Below, in pieces: positions 25,615 through 37,762 of a stretch of DNA of 64,000 nucleotides (the stretch's first letter is position 1; each line of letters starts with the position of its first letter). The stretch is taken from assembly GCA_024679065.1 (NCBI GenBank), contig JAGIQG010000003.1, positions 28,024,001 to 28,088,000 of the forward strand. The letters are read 5' to 3'. This stretch comes from Sphyrna mokarran. Its lineage: Eukaryota. The notes beneath the pieces were generated by a model. It saw only the letters and a program-made list of their open reading frames with translations. It did not search any database and had not been told where the DNA came from. A program made the translations under genes and the position numbers.

Positions 25615-28178
25615 TACGTAGATAGTGCAGTTAGGGAAGGGACCGCATTGGACCTGGTATGGGGGAATGAGCCCAGCCAGATGGTTAATGTTTCAGTAGG
25701 GAAGCAGTTTGGGAATACAATTCAGTAAGTTTTAAGGTACAGAAGGATAAAGATAAGTGTAATCCTCAAGTTAAGGTGCTAAATTGAAAGAAGGCTAATT
25801 ATAACAAAATTCTTCAGGAACTGAAGAATGTAGATTGGGGGCAGATGTTTGAGGGCAAATCAACATCTGGCATGTGGGAGGCTTTCAATTGTAAGTTGAT
25901 AGGGATTCAGGACTGGCACATTCCGATAAGGATGAGGGATAAGTATTGCAAATTTTGGAGCCTTTGGATAACAAGAGATGTTTTGAGCCTTGTGAAAGAG
26001 AAAAAGGAAGTATTCGTCAAAGATAGGAAGCTGGGAACAAGTGTGAAATACAAAGAAAGAAGAAAGAAATTTAAGCAAGGAGTAAGGAGAACTACAAGGG
26101 ATCATGAAAAAGCATTGGGCAGCAGGATTAAGGATAATCCCAAGGTTTTTTATACATAATAAAGAGCAAGAGGGTTACCAGGGAGAGGATTGGCCCATTC
26201 AAGGACAAGGGAAGGAATCTTTGCGCTGAGCCAGAGGAAATGGGTGAGGTATTAAATGAGAATTTTGCTTCAATATTCACCCAAGAGAAGGACTTGGTGG
26301 ATGATGACTGTGGGATAGGGTGTGTAAATGATTTGAGCCAGGGAGTTCTTGAGAACCATTAAGCTACACATGACCACAGGGTCTGATGGAATATACCACA
26401 GAATACTGAGAGAGGCAAAAAAGGAAATTGCTGGGGCCTTGAGAGAAATCTTTGTATCTTCACTGGCTACAAGGAAGGTCCCAAAGGACTGGAGAACAGC
26501 CAATGTTGTTAGTTTGTTTAAGAAGGATAGCAAGAATAATCCAGGCAATTACAGGCCAGTGAACCTTACATCACTGGTAGGGAAATTATTCGAAAGGACT
26601 CTTTGAGACAGGATTTATTCCCTCTTGGAAATAAGTAGAAGTATTAGTGAGAGGCAACATAGTTTTGTGAAGGGGAGGTTGTGTCTCACAAACCTGATCA
26701 AGTTTTTCGAGGAAGTGACGAAGATGATCGTTGAGGATAGGGCAGTGAATGTTGTCTACGTGCACTTCATTAAGGCCTTTGACAAGATCCCTCATGGCGG
26801 ACTGGTGCAGAAGGTGAAGTTGCATGGGACCAGAGGTGAGCTCTGTTACAAAAGTGACTTGATCAAAGAAGACAGAGTGTAGCAATAGAAGAGTGCATTT
26901 CTGAATGGAGAGCTGTGACAAGTGGTGTTAAGAACTCAGAAAGAATTTAGCAACACCAATTTTAAATCCAACCGATTTAAATCCAATTTCGGTTGGATTT
27001 AAAATTGGTGTTGCTAAATTCTTACTGAGTTCTTACTACCCCAGTCCAATGCCGGCATCTCTACATCACAAGTGGTGTTCCTCAGGGATCAGTGCTGAGA
27101 CCTTTGCTATTTGTAATATATATAATTGATTTGGAGGAAAATGTAACTGGATTGATTAGTAAGTTTGCGGATGATGTAAAGGTTGGTAGATTTGTGGGTA
27201 ATATTGAGGACCATCAGAAGATACAGCAATATATATATCAGTTGGAGACTTGGGCAGAGAGATGGCAGATGGAATTTAATCTGGACAAAGGTGAGGTAAT
27301 GCATTTTGGAAGATCTAATAAAGATAGAAAATATACAATAAATGGAAGAACCCTTAAGAGTTTTAACAGGCAGAGGGATCTGTATAGGTACACAGGTCAT
27401 TGAAAGTGAAAACACAGGTGGAGAAGGTAGTCAAGAAGTAATACGACATGCTTGCCTTCTTTGGCCAGGGCATTGAGTTTAAAAATTGGCAAGTCGTCTT
27501 GTAGCTTTATAGAACCTTAGTTAGGCTGCATTTGAAATATAGTATTCAATTCTGGTTGCCACACTACCAGAAGGAAGTGGAGGCTTTGGAGAGGGTACGG
27601 AAAAGATTTAATAAGATGTTGCCTGATATGGAGGGCATCAGCTATGAGGAGAGGTTGGAGAAACTTGGTTTGTTCTCATTAGAATGACAGAGATTGAGAG
27701 ATGACCTGATAGAAGTCCACAAAATGGTGAGAGGCATGGAAAGAGTGGATAGTCAGAAGCTTTTTTCCAGGATGGAAGAGTCAATTACTAAGAGGAGTTA
27801 CAGATAGTTCTATGGCCTGATAGGTATAGGTATGATCGGCACAACTGGTGGGCCGAAGGGCCTGTTTATGCTGTAGTGTTCTATGTTCTATCTTCTACTG
27901 GTTTAAGGTGCGAACGGCAAGTTTAAAGGAGATGTAAGAGGCAGATTTTTTTATACAGAGGATGGTGGGTGCCTGGAACTCATTGTTGTGGGAGGTAGTG
28001 GAAACACATATAATAGTGAGTTTTAACGGGCATCTGGACAAATACATGAATAGGATGGGATTAGAGGGATATTGTCCCTGGAAGGGTGGGGGGATTTTAG
28101 TTAAGTAGGGTAGCATGGTTGGACGGTTGAAAGTCCTGTTCCTGTGCTGTAATTTTCTTTGTTTTGTTCTTTGTTCTT
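25615..28178 (+). mobile_element. CR1 LINE ORF2 (EN end, RT) and 3'UTR with nested insertions
   Basis: PKDWRTANVV..NPGNYRPVNLTS, KAFDKIPH, LISKFADD, WQMEFN; tail ttttctttgttttgttctttgttc; nested inserts at 26930-27067 and a second CR1 tail at ~27790-27896. Confidence 0.9.
26930..27067. mobile_element. Palindromic mini-insertion of Penelope pLTR ends
   Basis: 12-bp TSD acaagtggtgtt (26918-26929, 27068-27079); 46-bp arms 26930-26975/26989-27034 with one mismatch; arm nearly identical to the PLE end at 36149-36195; 33-nt unpaired tail. Confidence 0.92.
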
Positions 28179-28732
28179 TAGAGTCATGAGTTGATGCCAT
28201 TACTTTGAACAGATAAGCAAATGTAATAATAATATTTCACAGATTAATAACATTAGCCATTTTATCACTAATTTAGCTTCAGTTTTTCTTTCATTATTTT
28301 AAAATATTGTGGCTGGGGTTTTCCCTCTCTCAGCTTCAGCAGTGCAATGGGCCAGGAGATACCAGCAGGGGACCTTTAGTAATGTTCGCAAACAGTATAA
28401 TATTAGCTGTGAGGCTCCCAAGTGCATTTTTTTAGCATAGTCAGCTCTGCGGCGATTTCCGGGGCTGAGGCTGGCCTAGAAGGTCTGGAAGGCCAGTGGT
28501 CGGAGAGTGAGGTTCTGGAAGGCTAGTGGCTAGGGGTTATGGAGCAGGCCAGCGATCTAGTACAAGATCCCTTAGGGATCAGCAGGAGGCTGGCAATGGG
28601 CTGGGCCAGTATGTATGCACCAATCTCTGCACTAACAAATTGATGCATGCACAGTGGCCCACTACGTGCTATGCTGCCTGCTTCTCAGGAGGAATAGGTC
28701 CCACTCTCTGCTTACCAGAAGGAATCATTCTG

Positions 28733-29050
28733 AGGCACAGTGATAGCATGGTTAGCACTGCTGCCTCACAGTGCCAGGGACCTGTGTTCAATTCTGGCCT
28801 TGGGTCACTCACTGTGCGGAGTTTGCACATTCTCCCCTTGTCTGCGTGGATTTCCTCTAAATGCTCCGTTTTCTTCCCATAGTTCAAAGATGTGCAGGTT
28901 AGGTTGACTGGCCTTGCTAAATTGACCCTAGTGTCAGGGAATTAGTAGGATAAATATGTAGGATTACGGGAATGAGGCCTAGGTGGTAATGTGGTCAGTG
29001 TAGACTCGATGAGCTGAATGGCCTCCTTCTGCACTGTTGGAATTCTATGA
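28733..29050 (+). mobile_element. HE1-type V-SINE, CR1-type tail
   Basis: ggttagcactgctgcctcacag, B box gttcaattc, V-domain, tail cctccttctgcactgt..attctatga. Confidence 0.9.
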
Positions 29051-29344
29051 GGTACTTTGCAATGCTCAGAATGTTGGAGATTCATTCTGATAAGTACTGC
29101 CTAAAAAAGGACAGGAATGCTCTCATTTAAGTTTTTTGTTTTGAGATAACCCAGGCCGTAATAAACAAAAGTGATGTATATTCTTGGATAGAAATAATAA
29201 TACATCATTTACCATTTAGTAAGATTCAAAAAAAGCTATGAAATAGAGCTATCACATGATCCTATAAGAATCATGTTTATGGGATTGTTTTGAATATGAA
29301 GAGCGCAGTAAAGGCAATAATAAAGTAATATGCAATGGAGCTCT

Positions 29345-29437
29345 TACAAAGAGTCACCCAGACTCGAAATGTTAGCTCTATTCTCTCTCTATAGATGCTG
29401 TCAGATCTGCTGAGGTTTTGCACATTTTTTGTTTTTG
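29345..29437 (+). mobile_element. Short PLE LTR-derived fragment (second family) with decayed hammerhead
   Basis: gagtcacccagactcGAAAtgttag (stem II gagt/actc then GAAA), followed by agatgctgtcagatctgctgag; homologous to 57215-57360. Confidence 0.65.
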
Positions 29438-29677
29438 CTGTAATGGTTATTTATTGGTTGTCCATCTTGTCCTCCCCTAACATTAAACAACCAGTGAAGC
29501 AACCAAACCTTCAATGTCATCATTTTCACTGCTGAACTAGTGATGGAACTGCATGAACTGTGAAATAAGATCTTCAGTATTAAATTACTGGAAGCTCTGT
29601 TAGAGAGGAAATCTGTTGAAAAATGTTCTGCAAATATATCTTAAAACCCTCTCCACCAAGCAATATTACAGTTATTG

Positions 29678-29805
29678 TTCTGATGAAAGATCATCAACCT
29701 GAGATGTTAATTCTGTTTCTGTCTTCACATATGCCTGACCTGCTGAATATTTCCAGCATTTTCTGATTTTATTTCTGGTTTCCAACATCCATAGGACTAT
29801 GCTTT
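29678..29805 (+). mobile_element. Short PLE LTR-derived fragment with decayed hammerhead
   Basis: CTGATGAaagatcatcaacctGAGAtgttaa followed by gcctgacctgctgaatatttccagcattttctg. Confidence 0.65.
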
Positions 29806-30019
29806 TCAAGCCGTTATATGTATTATCTTCCTTGTTGGAATCATAATAACAAACCTTGTTTTGTATAAACCACGGATGCTAGGTTTTGAACTTAAGCATC
29901 TGATATTATTTCTGGTTAGTTGGATTTTAATATCAATTTTAGATTGACCTTTTAAAAAGAAAATTAAGCATTTGAAATTGGATAGCTCTCTGGACAAAGG
30001 AGACCTGTTCACATCAGTT

Positions 30020-32460
30020 CAGATTGAGGTGGGCAGCATGCCAGTTTTATATGCCTACTTCATTTGAATGATTATAGCATTGTGCCTTGCACTGCTGTCT
30101 TCTTCTAAACATTCCAAGTGGCTTCTGTGCTTATCAAAGGACTGAGCAGCATTATTTGGAAACCCCATAGTTGGACCAAACTTCCTTTCTCTGGGGCAGA
30201 TTGCCTATGAAGCTAAACTAGTCTGCTGCCTTCTGGTTAATGAGAGTGGAAGATTAAGGATGCAGGAGAAAGGCTCACTAAGCAAGGAAGAGAGCTTCCA
30301 GATTCAGAGTGATCAGTTTGAAGCAATGATGAGAAAGGTAAAGTTTGGAGAGAGTCTGCCTGAGGACAAGGCAACAATGCTGGACAAGGATGAATGACTT
30401 GATATGTTAATTTTTAGTCAAGGTGTTTGAATACCTTTTCACCACATATCACAAGCACACCATCAACCTCTCACACTCCTCGATACACCATCACTTGCCC
30501 AGTGCTATTCATTGGCTCTCAGGATGACCAAAATTTACATACACAAAACCATGGTTCCACCTCTCACTGTATTCTGCTGTGGCTGTGGCAGGCACCTCAT
30601 TCAAATGTAATCACTGACATTCTACCCTCTCTCTTTGCAGAAGGAGGTCATCCACAATAGAGAGGAAAGCCAGTGAACCAGCAGAGACTGGCATGTCTTA
30701 ATTCAATCAACCATTTAAGGAAATAGTTCTCTGCGTTATTGGGCCAGAAACAATGGAGGCTGTAGTATCTGGTGATGCAGAGGTTGTCCAGGATGACCCT
30801 TCTCAATTTCCTCCTCACCCTTATCCTAGGATGTGGCATGAAATGCAAGGTATACGTAGAACATAGTATATTACAGCGCACTATAGGCCCTTCAGCTCTC
30901 AATATTGTGCCGACCAGTGGAACGAATCTAAATCTAATGACCCTCTAACCTAAACTATTCCAATGTTATCCATTTGCCTATCCACTGACCATTTGAATGC
31001 CTGAAAGTTGGCGAGTCCACAACTGCTGCAGGCAGGGCATTCCATGCCCTTACTACCCCCTGAGTAAAGAACCTACTTCTGACATCTGTCCTATAATTAC
31101 CACCCCTCAATTTAAAGCTATGTTCCCTCGTGTTAGCCATCACCATCGGAGGAAAAAGGCTCTCACTGTCCACCCTATCTAACGCCCTGATCATCTTGTA
31201 TGCCTCAATTAGGTCACCTCTTAACCTTCTCTAACGAAAATAACCTCAAGTCCCTCAGCCTTTCATTCCTGATTTTTTTTCTTCACTAATCCTTCACTAA
31301 CAATATCCCATCATTTCTGCTTTTATATTTTCAGATACCAATAACTTACCCCTGGAAAACCTCAGCGCACTGCAGAGAAAGAGCAAAATGACCAGAAAAC
31401 AGTGATAAGTAGGCACTACCACTTCATCTTGCAATTCCATTCATTAACTCAGATATTGACAAGTCACAAACTTTAGATGCTCGTATAGAATAGAGATCGG
31501 CACATGATAAATCATCAGGCACTAATGGACTGCAGCCCAGTCTGGAGGCAAGTTTAGTCCTGTGTCAACTTCCCGGAGGATAAGGTTGCAGATGTATTCT
31601 GCTCCAGGGAACAGATGAGAACTTCAATGGGACGGCCTATAAAAGAATACTGAAGACAAGAGCAGCAAGATGCTTAATGCATTGGGTAGGTCTGTCACTC
31701 AGCTTCCATTCTACGTGGAAGAACCCAGCTGCAAAATGGTGGAAGTCATCATGCAGAGCTTTCAGACCACCTTTCCATTTTAGGAGTATCTGGTGACTGA
31801 GATCTCAGCTTTCTCTGCAATGCAGGCAGCAGTCACCCAATATCTTTGTGCTGCATTCAAAGGTCAGTTCTATGTCGTAAGATCCATGCTTATTGCCATG
31901 CAGCTATGAACTGCTGCCATCAAGGGAGTTGTGGATGCCAGTTCTCAAAGGGACATGGGACATGCAGGCTATCACACCAGTCCAACAATCAGTGCTCTAG
32001 CAGATTACTAAGGTTGTAGAGATGCCACCCCATGGGAATAGCGATAACATCACGGAGCACAAGCTTGCTCACCCCTCTCAGGAAAACAAGATTCTTTCTG
32101 CCACTCAGTGTCCTTGCTGTACCTCTCAGCCAACACAGACTGCTGCTGTTCATGCCAAGATGAAGCAGTCCAAAGCTGAGCCCTTAAGGTGCAGAATTAT
32201 TGAGAGCATCCTGCAAGGTTAGGAACGAAGGGGATGTACAAGAGCAAATAGTTCATCTCTGTACAGTTGGATGTGTTGTTGTGAAGAGATGTTTAGTGAA
32301 CTTTTGGTGAGTTTTATTGCTGGATGCTGTTCAAAATTGCATGATGATGGAGAAACTGAAATGGATGAGTTCTGGGGAATGATGGATTCAAGTTGTTGCC
32401 ACGCTAGAGGAATGTTCTGAAATTATCATCGGGTGAAGAAAGGAGGATTTTTGTTTGATG
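30020..32460 (+). mobile_element. Ancient decayed Harbinger-like element (Myb/SANT gene region)
   Basis: RKRASRF..EAMMRKV remnant at ~30283-30343 resembles the Harbinger Myb-like N-terminus; patchy similarity to 40700-42100 on the opposite strand. Confidence 0.4.
30856..31265 (-). mobile_element. CR1 LINE 3' end
   Basis: IRALDRVDSESLFP..FFTQGVVRAWNALP; tail at gtagaacatag. Confidence 0.9.
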
Positions 32461-33689
32461 ATGATGGACACCAGATGATTAAGACTTAGCCAGGTAATTA
32501 CCTCTGCCACTCAAGATGAGAACAGATAATATTTTCACTCTTGTTACTTTGTTTGTCTACAGACAATATATTTCAAAAACTAATGGATGGAGTTCTTTGA
32601 AACTTTATACATTGAAAGAGTAGGACCCAAAAAAGAATTGATTGGTTTTTGGCAAAGAGGCAGATCCGGATCCTGGAAATTTTTAAAGGCAGATAGGGTG
32701 AATTGTCCTTTTTTTCAGAATGTTATGGTTTGTTTTATTTAAAATGTTGTTGATTGTTTTAGAATGTTGTGGATTGTCTCAGCTGCTACTTTGTAATTTA
32801 TCCCAGCTATCAAAATGTGAGCAGAGTTTTCAGAGCAGGTTTTTGGTTACATAATAACATGAAGCTTTCTCAATGAGATGGAAGCACTTATTAAAAATAT
32901 TTCTTTTTCAGCTTTGTAGCTGTAGAATATCAAGCAGAGGAAAACCTCAGGAAGTGTTATACAATTGTAATAATGATGAATTAACACAGCAGTGGCAGAG
33001 GTATGCAGTCTACTGAATGCCCTCACTTCTTTCATATCTTTCAATTATTTCATGGAGAGTTTATGATTGCTTACTTTAATTGCTGGTATATTTTGATAAG
33101 AAAACTTTAAAAAAATATTTCCCATCGTGTTGGAATGTGGCACAAGCTAACCAATTACCATAAAATATTTCAAAAGTGAGATTAAATTAAAACTTCTGTC
33201 ACATAATAATTCCGATGTATTCTTTTGAGATTGAATCATTTCCTTCAGCTCCCATCTTGCTTCACAGTATCCATCATTATTATCTTTTCGCTATATAAAA
33301 CATCACTTACAAGCATTATACTTGGATGTTTTCAATGTTGGTTGGCCTGGATTCTGTCTTTTTGACAGATCTCCTTGGTACATTTTTGAGTGGAATTTTC
33401 CATTCTGGAGACTAAGGCCCGATTTTACCATTTTGATTCTAAGTGCTGGACTTGAATCTGGGAGCGTTTCAGATCCGACTTTTAGACTTCATATGCATGC
33501 TGCCTGAAAACATTCCCCTGCCACATTGCTCCTGGGTCTGATAATGCCTCCTCACAGCTCACGCAGACATTGCCCCTCTCCCCGCACCATCACTGTCCCC
33601 CTTAATCCCCACCCCTCCATTATCCAGACCGATCACAGCCCACTACTCCCCTTCCCCCAAACTGATTGCATGCAGAGAGGCAGCAAGTT

Positions 33690-33945
33690 CCTCCTGCCAC
33701 CCCCACCAGGGAACCATCAGACCTGCTCCCCCTTCCCCCAAAACCAGAGAGCGATCTGACCAGCTCCCCTCCTGCCACCCCAGAGAGTGATATGACCCGC
33801 ATATCTCCCCCCACACCAGACAGTGATCTGACCCACCACCCTCCCCCCATCAGAAAGCCATCTGACGCGTCTCCCTCACCCCCACCAGAGAACCACATGA
33901 CCCGTCTCCCTCCCCTACCCTCCAGGCAGAGAACCATCTGATCTG
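33690..33945 (+). repeat. Degenerate ~36-bp C-rich tandem repeat
   Basis: About 7 units like ccagagagcgatctgaccagctcccctcctgccacc; appears as the PESDLTSSPPAT period in ORF 33666-33941. Confidence 0.75.
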
Positions 33946-34225
33946 TTTCCCCCCTCTCACCAGGGAAGGATTTGACACCCCCGTCCCCCACCACTGATCT
34001 GAGTCAGAGGCCGCTAGAAGCTCTGAACTTAACTCCTCAGAAGCTGGAGCACCCAAATTGGAGTTTGCGGATCATGTCTATTTCATGCCAAATCTGAATG
34101 GATGAACGCGGAGGTAAAGGGGAAGTGCTGGTAAAGTTGGGCATCCAGCTCATTAATTCAATTTAAATGCATTTAAATTGCGATCATGTCCTTTTCGGGT
34201 GCAGTCCTGATTTCTGCCATTTTCA

Positions 34226-35083
34226 TAGAACATAGAACATTACAGCACAGAACAGGCCCTTCGGCCTTCGATGTTGCGCCGACCAATATAAAAAGCAATG
34301 CCCCTCCAAACTAAACCATTCCCTTCTCTTCCATATACTTATCAACTAACCTCTTAAACGCCACCAAACTTGGCGCATCTACAACTGCTGCAGGCAGGGC
34401 ATTCCACTCCCGAACCACCCTTTGGGTAAAGAACCTACCTCTGATATCCGTCCTATAACTATCACCCTTAATTTAAAGCTGTGTCCCCTCGTGCTAGCTT
34501 TCTCCATCCTAGGAAAAAGGCTATCACTGTCCACCCTATCTAAACCTCTAATCATCTTATATGTTTCAATAAGGTCCCCTCTTAGCCGCCTCCTTTCTAA
34601 CGAAAACAACCTCAAATCCCTCAGCCTCTCTTCATAAGACCTGCCCTCCATACCAGGCAACATCCTGGTAAACCTCCTCTGTACCCTCTCTAATGCCTCC
34701 ACATCTTTCTTATAATGTGGGGACCAGAACTGCACACAATACTCCAAGTGCGGCCGCACTAGAGTTTTGTACAGTTGCAACATGACGTTGCGGCTCCGAA
34801 ATTCAATCCCTCTACCAATAAAAGCCAAGACTCCATATGCCTTCCTAACAACCTTCTCGACCTGACTGCCTACTTTCAGGGATCTATGCACATACACACC
34901 AAGATCCCTCTGTTCATCTAGACTACTAAGAATCCTACCATTTGCCCTATACTCTACACATTTATTATTTCTGCCATAGTGCATTACCTCACACTTTTCC
35001 ACATTAAACTCCATTTGCCACCTCTCGGCCCAGCTCTGCAACTTGTCCAAGTCCCTCTGCAAACTATAACACCCCTCTTCACT
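34226..35083 (-). mobile_element. Young 5'-truncated CR1 LINE with open ORF2 C-terminus
   Basis: Open from LQRDLDKLQSWAERWQMEFN through LVRPHLEYCVQFWSP to ERRRLRGDLIETYK; 7-bp TSD attttca (34219-34225, 35084-35090); (TTCTATG)n tail. Confidence 0.93.
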
Positions 35084-36146
35084 ATTTTCAGTCATTGGTA
35101 AAGGGGGAATGACCACAGAGGCGATCATGGGTCGCACTACTTGCCTCACACCTGACTTTACTAAGTTTTCACTCCCAAAAACAAGTGCAACCTGATGGTA
35201 AAATTGGGCCCGATGTGTGATGGCAAACAGGAAAGTCAGCATGATTCTGACTTGGTTGTGGTTGGATTAATCACTGTGATTTCCCACTTTTGAGGAGCTC
35301 ATTGAATTCCAGTGGAGAGGGCAGGGACTCGTCTGCCTCACCATTATCTCATGGGATCAAAGGCCTGGGCCCCATATTAAAATCACACACTCAGAAATAT
35401 TTACTCACTGCAGACCAGATATGTTGTTAAGTTCTGCATTACTGTGGTGCATAACCAAGCAAAATCCTCCACTGCACAATTCCCAATCTGGTGTTCACCT
35501 ATGCACATATGATCACAAAGACAGTGACAGCTGAGGTCTTTGATATTTGGAGGACAGCTGGAGACTAGGCCCCTGCTGAGTATGAATCAGACGATGGGCA
35601 TCTAGAATCAGCCCTGATAGAAATGTAGGAGGGGAACATCAGACAGAGTTGTCAGAATTGCTACAATACTGGAATGAAGGATGGGAAAGTTTATCACGTT
35701 CTGATTGATGTTGCAGTTCTGCCACAGAAATGCATTGAAATCTCTCTGAAAATGAAGGCTTAAAGAAGTCAAATTGGTTGGGTAGAGATTTTTCAATTGC
35801 AGGAAGGCAGACTGCCTCAACTGTTAAGAAAATATGATAAAACTTTTGTAGCAAATTAGGCAAAATCAAAGGGGAGTTCTTTGCGTCAGTATTCACAAAG
35901 GAGAAGGATGTGGTGGATGGTGAGTCCAGAAAGGATGATATTGACATTCTAAGACATTTTGAGATAAAAAGGATGGAGGTATTGCAAGTTTTGAAAAACA
36001 CTAAGGTGGACAAGTACTCAGGGCCAGGTATGGTCTACCCCAGAATACCGAGGGAGGCAAGGGAAGAAATTGCTGAGGCCTCTTTAGCCACAGGTAAGAT
36101 ACCAGAGGATTAGAGAGTAGCTGACATTGTTCCTCTGATTAAGGGC

Positions 36147-37762
36147 AGAAGAACTCAGTAAGAATTTAGCAACACCAATTTATAATCCAACCGATTTATT
36201 TGATAGTAAAAAAGCGAGCTTTCGACTCTTGTGTCTTCCTCAGGCAAATGCAGTGTTCTGGTCTGCAATAGCACACATCAGCACAGACAGTCAGAGGTTG
36301 CTGATTAGCATGCGAATCCTTACGTCTAACCTGCTATTCAAGTGTTAAAGTGGCGAACAATGTGTGTGAAGGGAATCCTGAGCATTGTTGGAGAATTGTG
36401 TATTTTCTCCAGACAGCACAGTAAGTGAGGTTTTTTGCTAACCCAGGCAAGTTACGGGGGTTACAGATTGTGTGTCATGAAGCCAAGATCCCTGTTAAGA
36501 CCGTCCTCATGTGTGCGGAGCTTGGCTATCAGTCTCTGCTCAGCGACTCTGCGCTGTCGTGTATCACAAAAGCCCCCTTGAAGAACATTTACCCGCAGGT
36601 CGGAGGCCGAATGCCCATGACTGCTGAAGTGTTCGCCCACAGGAAGGGAACTGTTTTGCCTGGTGATTGTTGAGCGATGCTCATTCATCCGCTGTCGTAG
36701 TGTGTGCATGGTCTCCCCAATATACCATGCTTCGGGACATCCTTTCTTGCAACGTATTAGGTAGACAACGTTGGCCGAGTTGCAAGTGTATGTACCGTGT
36801 ACCTGGTGAATGGTATCCTCACGTTTGATGATGTCGTCCATGTCTATGATCCGGCATGTCTTGCAGAGGTTGCTGTGGCAGGGTTGTGTGGTATTGTGGT
36901 CACTGTTCTCCTGAAGGTTGGGTAGTTTGCTGCGAACAATGATCTGTTTGAGGTTGTGCGGTTGTCTGAAAGCAAGAAGTTGGGGGGTGGGGATGGCCCT
37001 AGCGAGATGTTCATCGTCATCAATGATATGTTGAAGACTCCGGAGAAGATGTCGTAGCTTCTCCGCTCCGGGGAAGTACTGGACAACAAAGGGTACTCTG
37101 TCCACTGTGTCCCGTGTTCGTCTTCTGAGGAGATCAGTGCGGTTTTATCGTTGTGGCACGTTGGAACTGTCGATCGATGAGTCGAGCGCCATATCCTGTT
37201 CTCACGAGTGCATCCTTCAGTGTCTGGAGGTGTCTGTCACGATCCTCCTCATCTGAGCAAATTCTGTGTATACGGAGGGCTTGTCCATAGGGAATGGCTT
37301 CTTTAACGTGTCTAGGGTGGAAGCTGGAGAAGTGGAGCATTGTGAGGTTGTCTGTCGGTTTGCGGTACAGTGAGGTGCTGAGGTGACCGTCCTTGATGGA
37401 GATGCGTGTGTCCAAGAATGCAACTGATTCTGGAGAATAGTCCATGGTGAGTCTGATGGTGGGATGGAACTTGTTGATATCATCATACAGTTGTTTCAAT
37501 GATTGTTCACCATGAGTCCAAAGGAAAAAGATGTCATCAATGTATCTAGTATATAACCTTGGTTGGAGATCTTGTGTGGTGAAGAAGTCTTGTTCGAACC
37601 TGTGCATGAAGATGTTGGCATACTGAGGTGCGAATTTGGTCCCCATGGCTGTTCCGTGTGTCTGGATGAAAAGCTGATTGTTGAAGGTGAAGACATTGTG
37701 GTCCAAGATGAAGCGGATGAGTTGTAAAATTGCATCCGGAAACTGGCAGTTGTTGGCATTGA
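36147..37762 (-). mobile_element. Penelope-like element (Neptune-like), 5'-truncated: RT + GIY-YIG + pLTR
   Basis: 37134-37706 GTAMGTKFAPQYANIFM, RYIDD, FLD; 36461-37105 PCHSNLCKTC linker, VVYLIRC..WYIGET..LRQRMNEHR..GLNRD; one frameshift between the two ORF pieces. Confidence 0.95.
36198..36250 (-). ncRNA. Minimal type I hammerhead ribozyme in PLE pLTR, core intact
   Basis: Minus strand catttgc-CTGAGGA-a-gac acaaga gtc-GAAA-gctc|gc; palindromic AGCT helix III as in PLE minimal HHRs; predicted cleavage after CUC, between 36216 and 36215. Confidence 0.7.

Larger units (their letters stand above)
33415..35211. mobile_element. Non-autonomous TIR element (Harbinger-type MITE) interrupted by CR1
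   Basis: TIRs aggcccgattttacca / tggtaaaattgggccc (14/16 match); internal C-rich repeat; TSD not clearly preserved. Confidence 0.6.

Noticed and set aside
33666-33941. Pro-rich repetitive protein ORF
   Set aside because: It derives from the 36-bp tandem repeat inside a TIR element and has no splice or promoter support.
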